This document shows positions 30,832 through 39,120 of a stretch of 64,000 bases of DNA, piece by piece (position 1 is the first letter of the stretch; each line of letters opens with the position of its first letter). The stretch is from contig JBPRGF010000003.1 in assembly GCA_051418015.1 (NCBI GenBank), forward strand, positions 96,001 through 160,000, read 5' to 3'. Position numbers and translations under genes: made by a program. The notes under the pieces are model-generated. The model was not told the origin of the DNA. It saw only the letters and a list, made by a program, of their open reading frames with translations, and searched no databases. This DNA comes from Candidatus Nitrospinota bacterium M3_3B_026 (GTDB lineage Bacteria > Nitrospinota_A > UBA7883 > JBPRGF01).

Positions 30832-31866
30832 TCAGCCTTCGCCTATCAGCTCGCCTTTCATGTTGACCAGCGCCACGCGGACGCCGAGCCTCCCTCCCGT
30901 CCTCGCCTCTACGGCCCGCCGTACCCTCTCCGCCACGGCATCCCCCAGGATCCGCCGCGCTCCGGGCTTAAGCGCCTCGAAGATCCCCTCCGTGGTCTCC
31001 GACGGCGCGGGGTCGATCCCCGCCTCCTCCCTGGCCACGCGGGCGACGAAGGGGACGGCGCTCGGCGAGTTTTTTGAATGGGTGTCCCATTGGCCCTCGG
31101 CCAGCTTGGCCAGCTTGCCCGGATGCCCCACGATCACGATCTCCTCGACGCCGTTATCGACCGCCCTGTCGATGATGAAGCCCCACTCGTTGCCCGCCTC
31201 CACGACATCCTCCGGGCCGCGCCCGAGCAGGGCCACGGCCGCCTTCGCGCCGATGTTCCCCGGCGCCAGGACGATCCGCCGCCGCCCCGCGGCGAGCGCC
31301 ACCTTCAGCATGAGCAGGACGGATTCGCGGATGGCGCTGTGGGAGTATGGGCGGACTATCCCCGTCGTGCCGAGGACCGACAGCCCCCCGACGACGCCGA
31401 GACGGGGGTTGAAGGTTTTCCGCGCCACCTCCTCGCCGCCGGGGATGGACAGGCGGACGCGGACGGGCCTGTCCGTCATCTCCCTCGCGGCGGCGGTTAT
31501 CATCCTCCTTGGGCCGGGGTTTATCGCAGGCTCCCCTGCGGGGACGGAAAGGCCGTCTTTCGTGACTGTCCCGACGCCCTCGCCCGCCTCGAAAACAATC
31601 TCTTTCTCATCGGCCCAGAAAACCTCCGCCCATACTTGCATCCCGTTGGTGACGTCCGGGTCGTCGCCTGAGTCCTTCACCACGCAGGCGCGCCCCCGTC
31701 CGCCGCTGGCGAAGACTTCCGCCACCGGCAGCGCCTCCCGCGCCCCCGTCCCGAGGGGGATGTCCACGGCGTCCGGCCGCCGGCCGCCGGTCATGGCCGC
31801 AAGGGCCGCCTTCACCGCCGCCGCGGCGCACGCGCCGGTGGTGTAGCCCGTCCTCAAGGCTGCCAT
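30832..31866 (-). CDS. cbiD: Cobalt-precorrin-5B C1-methyltransferase
   Basis: LRTGYTTGACA, KDSGDDPDVT, AINPGPR and GGLSVLGTTG motifs. Confidence 0.96.
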   Translation of the reverse strand: MAALRTGYTTGACAAAAVKAALAAMTGGRRPDAVDIPLGTGAREALPVAEVFASGGRGRACVVKDSGDDPDVTNGMQVWAEVFWADEKEIVFEAGEGVGTVTKDGLSVPAGEPAINPGPRRMITAAAREMTDRPVRVRLSIPGGEEVARKTFNPRLGVVGGLSVLGTTGIVRPYSHSAIRESVLLMLKVALAAGRRRIVLAPGNIGAKAAVALLGRGPEDVVEAGNEWGFIIDRAVDNGVEEIVIVGHPGKLAKLAEGQWDTHSKNSPSAVPFVARVAREEAGIDPAPSETTEGIFEALKPGARRILGDAVAERVRRAVEARTGGRLGVRVALVNMKGELIGEG

Positions 31867-31889
31867 GGGGTCATCTTCCTATTTACGCT

Positions 31890-32327
31890 TCAATTCCCGC
31901 CGAAGACCTCATCGGCCATCCTCGACTTCCATAAAAACCCGAGGAACAGGCCGAGCAGGCAGGACAGGAGAAAACCCTGGACCGCCTGGCCGGAGACGGC
32001 GTGATAGCGAAGCGGCGCCAGGGCCGACAACGCCGCCCCCGAGACGCGCAACGCCAGCCAGAACCCCGCGCTTATGACAACCGCTTTCAGAACCGGCCTG
32101 CCGTCCAGGAACAGCCCGTCCGTAAAGCTCATCAAAAGCCCCGCCACCGCGCCGAAGACGGCCCCGCCGGCGCCGAACGTCACAAGCAGAGTCATCGCGC
32201 TCTGCTCGAACTCGAAGACGCCCGTGAGATGGTTGACCAGCATCGCCGCCCAACCGAACAGGGCGCCGGACGCGGCGCCGAGGCTGAAGCCTTTAAAGGC
32301 CGATCGCATGTTCATGTTTCTCTCCAT
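31890..32327 (-). CDS. Hypothetical four-TM membrane protein next to CbtB
   Basis: Four hydrophobic Gly-rich segments; co-oriented within the cobalamin operon; start uncertain. Confidence 0.65.
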   Translation of the reverse strand: MERNMNMRSAFKGFSLGAASGALFGWAAMLVNHLTGVFEFEQSAMTLLVTFGAGGAVFGAVAGLLMSFTDGLFLDGRPVLKAVVISAGFWLALRVSGAALSALAPLRYHAVSGQAVQGFLLSCLLGLFLGFLWKSRMADEVFGGN

Positions 32328-32353
32328 ATTGAAAACATACCTCGCTCCGTCCA

Positions 32354-32436
32354 TGTCATCCTGAGCGCCAGCGAAGGATCCCGTTCCCCCTCGCCTGAAG
32401 CGTGGCGGGATTCTTCGCCTATGGCTCAGAATGACA
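32354..32436. repeat. TGTCA-tagged palindromic repeat (family C)
   Basis: TGTCATCCTGAGC...GAAGGATCCCG...CGGGATTCTTCG...GCTCAGAATGACA. Confidence 0.8.
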
Positions 32437-32518
32437 GCGAAATCGCTTCCCCCCGCTCACGACAACGGTGTTCCGCGTTTTTCAGAGTCGATCTTTCCTG
32501 AACGCCCACCAAAAAACC

Positions 32519-32701
32519 TCAGTGGCAGGGCATCCCGATGGCGTGCCGGAAATCGTGGAACACGTCGTGGGCGCCCATTATCACCGAGTCCAGCCCGAAC
32601 GACACCACCACCGCCGCGAAGACCGTGGCGCAAAGGACGAGGGCGAGCGCCGCCGTCGCCTGGGTTGACGAGGTTTTCTGTTTTCCGAGGATGTTCTCCA
32701 T
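32519..32701 (-). CDS. cbtB: CbtB-family cobalt transporter small subunit
   Basis: One TM helix followed by HDVFHDFRHAIGMPCH; GGAGG ribosome-binding site. Confidence 0.85.
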   Translation of the reverse strand: MENILGKQKTSSTQATAALALVLCATVFAAVVVSFGLDSVIMGAHDVFHDFRHAIGMPCH

Positions 32702-32723
32702 GTTCGCCTCCATTCAAAAAAGA

Positions 32724-33242
32724 TCAATGATGATGATGGTCGTGGTCATATTTTTCCATGTACGCTTTCGCCTCTTCGGGCGGCATGGGGACGAACTCCA
32801 TCTCCCCCTCCGGCAGGGGATATTCCTCGCGCCGTCCCAGCCGGACGTCCCGGATGTCCGCGTTGCTTTCCGCCTCCTCGATCCTGCGCCGGACGATCTC
32901 CACCAGCGCGTCGTCGTAGCCGAGGGTCCCGCCGTAAACGATTCTCACGCCGGGGTATTTTTTCGCCTCCCGCTGGATCATCAGCGGTATGTCCAGGACG
33001 ATGTGCAGCCCCGCGTGTAAAAAGTAGGGGATAACGATGACCCTGTCCGCTCCCTCCTTTACCGCCCTCTCCAGCGTCTCCGGCAGGAAGGGGCCGACGC
33101 GGGACATGTGGCAGGTCTCGACGATCTCCCAGGCTCCCGCGGCGGAAAGGCGCGCGGCCACCTTCTCCATGTCCTCGCTGGCGCCGTGGACCCTGCTGCC
33201 GTGGCCTATCAGTATGACGGCGGCCGCTCCGTCCCGGCTCAT
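32724..33242 (-). CDS. cbiX: Sirohydrochlorin cobaltochelatase, short CbiX with His-rich tail
   Basis: IGHGSR and PYFLHAGLH..DIP motifs; ends HDHHHH. Confidence 0.88.
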   Translation of the reverse strand: MSRDGAAAVILIGHGSRVHGASEDMEKVAARLSAAGAWEIVETCHMSRVGPFLPETLERAVKEGADRVIVIPYFLHAGLHIVLDIPLMIQREAKKYPGVRIVYGGTLGYDDALVEIVRRRIEEAESNADIRDVRLGRREEYPLPEGEMEFVPMPPEEAKAYMEKYDHDHHHH

Positions 33243-33934
33243 GCCCCCGCCTCTTTTCCGCGCGCGGCGATGGCGGCCAGCGAGTGAAGCGCGCTCACCG
33301 CCAGGGCGCTGCCGCCCCGCCTGCCGGTTATGGTTATGAAAGGAGCGCCGGTCTCCATAAGCTCCTCCTTGCTCTCCACCACGTGGACGAACCCGACGGG
33401 GACGCCCACCACCACCGCGGGCCGCGCCTCGTCTTCCGCTATCATCCGGGAAAGCTCCATCAGCGCCACCGGGGCGTTGCCGATCAGGACGACGGCGCCG
33501 TCGAGGCGCCCGGCGGCCTTGCGGACGGCGAAAAGCGACCGGGGCAGCCCGGCCTTCCTGGCCTCCTCCGCCACGTCCGGGTCGGCGACGTGGCAGAGGA
33601 TTTTCTGTTTCGTGTAGTCTGGCCGGACGGCTTTCAGCCGCGCCTCGGATATCCCCGTCTTTATCATGTTCGAGTCGGCGTAGATGCTCGCCCCGCCGCG
33701 AAGCGCCTCCACGGCGGAGGCGATGGCGCCTTCGGAGAATTTTACGCTCTCGATGAGCGAGAAGTCGGCCGTCGTGTGGATCATCCGCCGGACGACGATC
33801 CACTCGTCCTCCGAAAAGCCGTGATCCCCCGCCTCGCGGTCTATAGCATCGAAGGACATCGCCTCGATTTTTTCGGGGGCGATGGGCGCCTCGTACAGGC
33901 CGTAGACCGACGGTCTTTTTGTGTCTTCTTTCAA
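33239..33934 (-). CDS. cbiC: Cobalt-precorrin-8 methylmutase
   Basis: IE..SF, RMIHTTADF, IGNAP, GVPVGFV and GRRGGS motifs. Confidence 0.93.
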   Translation of the reverse strand: MKEDTKRPSVYGLYEAPIAPEKIEAMSFDAIDREAGDHGFSEDEWIVVRRMIHTTADFSLIESVKFSEGAIASAVEALRGGASIYADSNMIKTGISEARLKAVRPDYTKQKILCHVADPDVAEEARKAGLPRSLFAVRKAAGRLDGAVVLIGNAPVALMELSRMIAEDEARPAVVVGVPVGFVHVVESKEELMETGAPFITITGRRGGSALAVSALHSLAAIAARGKEAGA

Positions 33935-35391
33935 ACCGCTTTTCCCTCCATCAAAAATTCCGCGAAGCGCTCCGCCGCCCCCTTCGCCGAGGCGAAGTGA
34001 AGATGGGCGTAGCTGGCCAGCGTCCCGCCTTTCGAATATCCCTCCCGTTCGGTCTCGCCGGTCCGTTTTCTCGTGAGTGTGTAGACCGTTTTCCATCCCT
34101 TTCGCCCGGCGGGGTCTTCGGCCAGCTCTGAGTAATGGAACCTGTGGCCCCGCAAAAGATCTCCGGCGCGCCCCCACAGGGTGTCCTCATTGAGCCTCGC
34201 CTCCACGTAGCCGAGGGCCTTAAAACGCTTTCGCATCCTAATCCATGCGGGCAGGACGCCCGTCATGGGGAACCGCGCGCCGTTTAACGTCTCTACCCCC
34301 TCGGAAAGATACATCAACCCGCCGCACTCGGCGTACAGCGGCATCCCCGAGCCGGCGAAGTTTTTTATGTCGTTCAGCATCGCGCCGTTGGCCGAGAGCT
34401 GTTCGGCGTTGTCTTCCGGGTAGCCGCCGCCTATGTACACGGCGTCCAGATCCGGCGGCAGGGCGCGGCCGCGCAATGGGCTGAAATAGACAATCTCCAG
34501 CCCCGCATCTTCCAGGGCCTTGAGGTTGTCGGGATAGTAAAAATGAAACGCCTCGTCCAGCGCGACGCCGACGCGCCCCGTCTTCCCGGTCGTTGGGGCA
34601 GGCTCCGCCGCGGGCGCCGTCATGGCCGGGGCGGACTCGGCGATCCGCAAAACCTTGTCGAGGGAGACCCCCCCCTCCACGGCGTCGGCGAGTTTTTCGA
34701 TCGTTTCTCTCCAGTCCGCCACGCCGTTCGCCGCGACGAGGCCGAGGCGGCGGGCGGGAAGCTTCGGGGGCGCGTCCTTCAGAACGGCCCCGGCGAGCTC
34801 CGGCGCGCCGGAGGAGGCCAGGGCGGCGGCGATAAGCCCGGCGTGGCTTGTGGAGCCCACCCGGCTTGCTATTACCCCGGCTATGTTCACCCCCTCCTCG
34901 AACTCCGCAAAACCCTTGACCATCGCGGCGAAGCTCCTCGCCGCCCCGCCCGCGTCCGCGGCGAGGATCACGGGAGCGCCCAGCCATCTTGCGATCTCGG
35001 CGCTGCTGCCCCCGGAGTTTTCAGGCCGGAGGCCGTCGAAAAGGCCCATGGCTCCCTCGATGATGGCTATGTCCGCCCCGCGGGCGGATTCGGCGAAAAG
35101 GCGCGTCACGTGCTCGCGCCCCATCATCCAGCCGTCGAGGTTGTGGCAGGTCTGGCCGGAGGCGGCCTTGAGGTATGTCGGATCCAAAAAATCCGGCCCG
35201 GTCTTGAAGGCTCTGACGCTCATCCCGCGGCGCCTGAAGGCCGCGGCGAGCCCGGCGGCGACAGACGTTTTACCCGCGCCGCTTGCGGCTCCGGCGATCA
35301 CAAGGCGCGGACACGCGGCGTGGGAGGCGTCGTCGTGTTGGATGGGTCGTGAGGCGGTCAACTGGAAAACGCTCCCGGCAAAAACTTTCAT
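33931..35391 (-). CDS. cbiA: Cobyrinate a,c-diamide synthase
   Basis: SGAGKT, FKTGPDFLDP, EGAMGLFDG, FHFYY, GGGYPE and YAECGGLMYL motifs. Confidence 0.95.
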   Translation of the reverse strand: MKVFAGSVFQLTASRPIQHDDASHAACPRLVIAGAASGAGKTSVAAGLAAAFRRRGMSVRAFKTGPDFLDPTYLKAASGQTCHNLDGWMMGREHVTRLFAESARGADIAIIEGAMGLFDGLRPENSGGSSAEIARWLGAPVILAADAGGAARSFAAMVKGFAEFEEGVNIAGVIASRVGSTSHAGLIAAALASSGAPELAGAVLKDAPPKLPARRLGLVAANGVADWRETIEKLADAVEGGVSLDKVLRIAESAPAMTAPAAEPAPTTGKTGRVGVALDEAFHFYYPDNLKALEDAGLEIVYFSPLRGRALPPDLDAVYIGGGYPEDNAEQLSANGAMLNDIKNFAGSGMPLYAECGGLMYLSEGVETLNGARFPMTGVLPAWIRMRKRFKALGYVEARLNEDTLWGRAGDLLRGHRFHYSELAEDPAGRKGWKTVYTLTRKRTGETEREGYSKGGTLASYAHLHFASAKGAAERFAEFLMEGKAV

Positions 35392-35468
35392 GGTTTTCGC
35401 GTGGGGCGCCGTTTTCCACCCCGGAGAGAAGGGACCCTGTCGCCCGAGGCCCTCTCGTCCCTCAAAAC

Positions 35469-35635
35469 TCTTCAGGCAAGTCTTCTGACTTCCGGATCGC
35501 TCTACTTGCCGCGCCTTCCCTTCCCCCTTTCGGGAAAAAGTGGCTCGCCGTGCGGCTTTCGTCCCCGGTCACAGCGGCGGTCCCGCGACGGATTCTCACC
35601 GTCTTCCTTATTAAGCCCATCAGGGCGCCCAAAGA
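35469..35635 (-). ncRNA. Cobalamin riboswitch
   Basis: Minus strand AATAAGGAA-GACGGTGAGAATCCGTC, GCCGCTGTGA, GCCACT, GGGAAGG and AGTCAGAAGACTTGCC; P1 TCTTTGGGC/GCCTGAAGA; lies upstream of cbiA. Confidence 0.93.
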
Positions 35636-35777
35636 CCTTGGATGATTATAGAATTATCCGGCGGCGAGTCAAGAGATATCGGCGAGGAAGTTTCGCGCGC
35701 CGGGGATGAGAAATTTTAGGATGCGGCTGGGACGCAGACCAGGTTTAAAATGGAGCCGTGACAACCGTCATCCCGAT

Positions 35778-36752
35778 ATGCGACTGAAAAATCCCGCGCC
35801 GTGGGGCGTTTTCCGCGCGTGGCCCCTGGCGGTGTTCGCCGTCTTTCTTTTCGTGTCGGCCTCCGCCCGGGCCGCGGAGACCGGGGACGCCGGGGAGCCG
35901 GCCCTGGAAGGGCTCGAGTCATCAGCCGAGGCGGCCCATGAGAGGATATCCACGGGCGTCCTGAACACGGCGAGGTGGCTGGACTCCTTTTTCCATAACG
36001 AGATGTACAACGTCGAGGAGAACAAGACCGTAGCCGAGTTCGGCGTCTCGTCCTTCGCGGAGGAGGGCGTGGGGCCGGACCTTTCCACGAACGCCAACGT
36101 AAAGCTGGCGCTTCCCTACCTTGAACGGCGCGTCCACCTTCTCTTCGCCGGGGAGGGGGAGGAGCGGGAGGACGAGCTGGCCGCGACGGCCGAGGAGACG
36201 AGGCGGTCCGCCTTCCTGCGCTACTTCCTCCGCGCCGCGAAGGACGAGACGATAAGCGCCGACGGGGGGATGAACTTCGTCGGGTTCCGGCCGATCCTCT
36301 TCTGGCGGGCGCGCTACCGCAAGACCTATCCGCTCCAGACGATGAAAGCGCGCTTCACGCAATGGCTGAAATGGTACACAGGCGACGGCTACGAGGTCCA
36401 GACCATCTTCGACCTGGACAAGCGCCTCGGCGAGACCTATTTTTTCCGCGGCTCCCTGAACGGGAGCTGGTACGAGAGAAAGAACGGGTATTTCTACAAC
36501 CTGGCGTTCGTCCTGTTCCATCCCTTCGACGAGGACAGGGCCGTCTTCTATGAATGGAACAACGCCTTCGCCACGCTGCCTTACAACAGGCTGGAGGCGA
36601 TAACGCTGCGGGCGAAGTTCAGGGTCAGGGTGTGGCGCAAGAGGCTGGTCCTGGAGGCCGCGCCGCAGGTGGCCTTCCGCCGGGACGGTGAGTTCGAGAC
36701 CACGCCGGGGATCATGCTGCGGCTGGAGATGGATTTCGGGTACATTCCGTGA
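35778..36752 (+). CDS. Hypothetical exported, probably outer-membrane beta-barrel protein
   Basis: Signal peptide; aromatic-rich amphipathic strands; ends LRLEMDFG. Confidence 0.6.
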   Translation: MRLKNPAPWGVFRAWPLAVFAVFLFVSASARAAETGDAGEPALEGLESSAEAAHERISTGVLNTARWLDSFFHNEMYNVEENKTVAEFGVSSFAEEGVGPDLSTNANVKLALPYLERRVHLLFAGEGEEREDELAATAEETRRSAFLRYFLRAAKDETISADGGMNFVGFRPILFWRARYRKTYPLQTMKARFTQWLKWYTGDGYEVQTIFDLDKRLGETYFFRGSLNGSWYERKNGYFYNLAFVLFHPFDEDRAVFYEWNNAFATLPYNRLEAITLRAKFRVRVWRKRLVLEAAPQVAFRRDGEFETTPGIMLRLEMDFGYIP

Positions 36753-36866
36753 CGGTTATCGGCGGTGGCGATGACCTTCACGCTGAACATGATCCCGGCG
36801 TGACACCGTGGAACGGCGAGCGAAATTGGGGTCAGGTCTTGTATTTTGACATTTCGTATGGCCTCC

Positions 36867-37457
36867 TCAGGCTCCCGCGGCGTCTCTCAGCGCGGCCCAC
36901 AGCTGCCTTTTCCCTTCGCCGGTAAGGGATGAGTAGACTATCGGCCGCAGGCTCTCCCCCGCGGCGCCGAGGGCGGCCATCGCTTCGCGGATCCGCCGCG
37001 CCCTGCGTGTCTTGGGTATCTTGTCGATCTTGGTGAAGACGACGATGGCCGGGACGCCGTAATGCGCCAGCCATTCCAGGAGGGCCAGGTCGTCCTCGTT
37101 GGGCGTCCTGCGCGCATCGAGGATCACCACCACGGCCTTCAGGCTTTCCCGGCCCGCAAGGTAGGCTTCCACCATGTTCCCCCAGCTTTTTCTGACGTTT
37201 ACGGGAACCTTGGCGAAGCCGTAGCCGGGCATGTCCACAAAGACGAGCGTCTCGTTTATGACGAAGAAGTTCAAGAGCCTTGTCTTGCCCGGCGTCTGGC
37301 TGACCTTCACCAGCCCCTTGCGGCCCGTCAGGGAGTTGATGAGGGAGGACTTGCCGACGTTCGACCGCCCGGCGAAGGCTATCTCCGGCAGGCCCTCGGG
37401 CGGATACTGGTCATCCCTGGCGGCGGATGTCAGAAAACGGGCGGAATTAACCTTCAT
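36867..37457 (-). CDS. engB: Ribosome biogenesis GTPase YihA/YsxC
   Basis: GRSNVGKSS, TPGKT, DMPGYG and TKIDK motifs. Confidence 0.96.
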   Translation of the reverse strand: MKVNSARFLTSAARDDQYPPEGLPEIAFAGRSNVGKSSLINSLTGRKGLVKVSQTPGKTRLLNFFVINETLVFVDMPGYGFAKVPVNVRKSWGNMVEAYLAGRESLKAVVVILDARRTPNEDDLALLEWLAHYGVPAIVVFTKIDKIPKTRRARRIREAMAALGAAGESLRPIVYSSLTGEGKRQLWAALRDAAGA

Positions 37458-37506
37458 CACATAACCCTTCGGGAAACCGAAGACAAAGAATCGCAACGCC
37501 TCACGA

Positions 37507-37695
37507 TATCATTCTGAGCCCCTTCGGCTACGCTCAGGGCAGGCTCCGGCGAAGAATCCCGTCCTTCACGGCAAGCTTGCACGGGATGCTTCACTGTGTT
37601 CAGCATGACATCATCGACTGTGCCTGTCATGCTGAATTTCTATCAGCGTCTCGGACAACAAGGAACGAGACCCCTGAAACAAGCTCAGAGCGCCA
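37507..37695. repeat. Two tandem TGTCA-tagged palindromic repeats (family C and variant)
   Basis: TCATTCTGAGC...GAAGAATCCCGT...ACGGGATGCTTC...GTTCAGCATGACA, then TGTCATGCTGAA...GTCTCG...CGAGAC...CTCAG. Confidence 0.7.
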
Positions 37696-37704
37696 CGGTT
37701 GAAG

Positions 37705-39021
37705 CTACAGAGGGTTGAAGACCAGCCCGGTGATGAGCTTGGGGTAGAAATATGTCGATTTCTGGGGCATCACGCCGCCCGCCGTGGCCACCTGGATGAT
37801 CTTCTCCATGTCCGCCCCGCCCATGAGAAAGGCGAGCCTGGCCCGCCCGGTGTCCACGGCCTCGACGGCTTCTCCGGCGTCCACGGTGTAGAAGACGGTC
37901 TTCTTGTCCGCCACCATCTCCCGGCTGATCCCCAGGACGCGCTCGAAAACGACCTCCTGCAGGATGGTGACGTCGATCTTGCGCAGCTGGGGAGGGTGTA
38001 TGTGGTCAAGCTCCGAGGCCAGGCCGATCCCGCTTTTCAGCGAAAGCAGCGCGCCCCTGCCGCCCCCCGCGTAAAAGCCCAGGCTCGGGCGCTCTCCCCC
38101 GGCCTCCCCGAGCTTTTCCATGAACGCGGCGGCGGTCCGCGGGGAGAGGTCAAAACTTTCTGAATCAAAATACTTTTCGAGCCGTCCGGGCAGGGTCCGG
38201 GTCTCCAGCCCGGGAATGTCCGCCACCAGCCGGTGAGTCGGCAGAACCGTGAACCCTTCTCCCCGGGAGTTGGAAAGATACATCATCACGTAGTCGTAAT
38301 CGGCCTCGCCCTCCGGCGGAGGGTCGGCCTCGGCGGCCCTCCGCTCGTTCCTGTAGTTCAGGGCCGTTTCGTAACGATGGTGTCCGTCGGCGATCACCAC
38401 GGGCGTGATCTCCATGAAATCCCTCGCCTTGTCGATGATCGCGTTGTCGGTGATAACCCACAGGTGATGCCCCACCCCTTCATCGTCGATGACGGAAGTG
38501 GTGGGCGAGGTCTTCATCACCCCTTCCCACAGGGCGTCGAGGGTTTTTTCCGGGTCGGAGTAGAGCCCGAAGACGGGCGAGAAGTTCATCCCGCAGGCGC
38601 GGGTGAGGTTCAGCCTGTCGGTCTTGGGCCCGGAGAGGGTTCTCTCGTGAGGGAAAACGGATTCTCCGAAAGGCTCCGCGAGCCTCCGGGCGATGAACCC
38701 GACCCGCCGCAGCCTTTGGCCGCCCGCGTCATAATCCTGGGCGTAAAGGTATATGGCCGGCGTCTCGTCCCGGACCAGCGTCCCGTCCTTTTTCCACTCG
38801 TCGAGCAGGGCGGCGGCGCGGGTGTACCTGTTGTCCGTCTCCGTGTCGGCGGCTGTCTGCCTGTTCAGTATCAGGCGTGCCACGTTTTTTGGATGGCGGG
38901 CGTAGAGCCTGTCCAGGTCCGCCGGTGATATAACGTCGTAGGGAGGCGCCAGAACCGCCCCGTCCCGCCCCACGAGGGAGGGGGTGTATCGATATCCCCT
39001 GAAGGGAGCTATTTTCGCCAT
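37705..39021 (-). CDS. DUF1015 family protein
   Basis: APFRG, APPYDVIS, PHERT, IADGHHRY and MPQKSTYFYPK motifs. Confidence 0.9.
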   Translation of the reverse strand: MAKIAPFRGYRYTPSLVGRDGAVLAPPYDVISPADLDRLYARHPKNVARLILNRQTAADTETDNRYTRAAALLDEWKKDGTLVRDETPAIYLYAQDYDAGGQRLRRVGFIARRLAEPFGESVFPHERTLSGPKTDRLNLTRACGMNFSPVFGLYSDPEKTLDALWEGVMKTSPTTSVIDDEGVGHHLWVITDNAIIDKARDFMEITPVVIADGHHRYETALNYRNERRAAEADPPPEGEADYDYVMMYLSNSRGEGFTVLPTHRLVADIPGLETRTLPGRLEKYFDSESFDLSPRTAAAFMEKLGEAGGERPSLGFYAGGGRGALLSLKSGIGLASELDHIHPPQLRKIDVTILQEVVFERVLGISREMVADKKTVFYTVDAGEAVEAVDTGRARLAFLMGGADMEKIIQVATAGGVMPQKSTYFYPKLITGLVFNPL

Positions 39022-39120
39022 CTTGAGAGCCTTCGTTTCCTCCGGGTCCGAAAATGTTTTTACGCTGGTCAATTCGAGCCTCTTCTCATACGGGCAAAGG
39101 TCAAAAGAATACCCTAAAAC

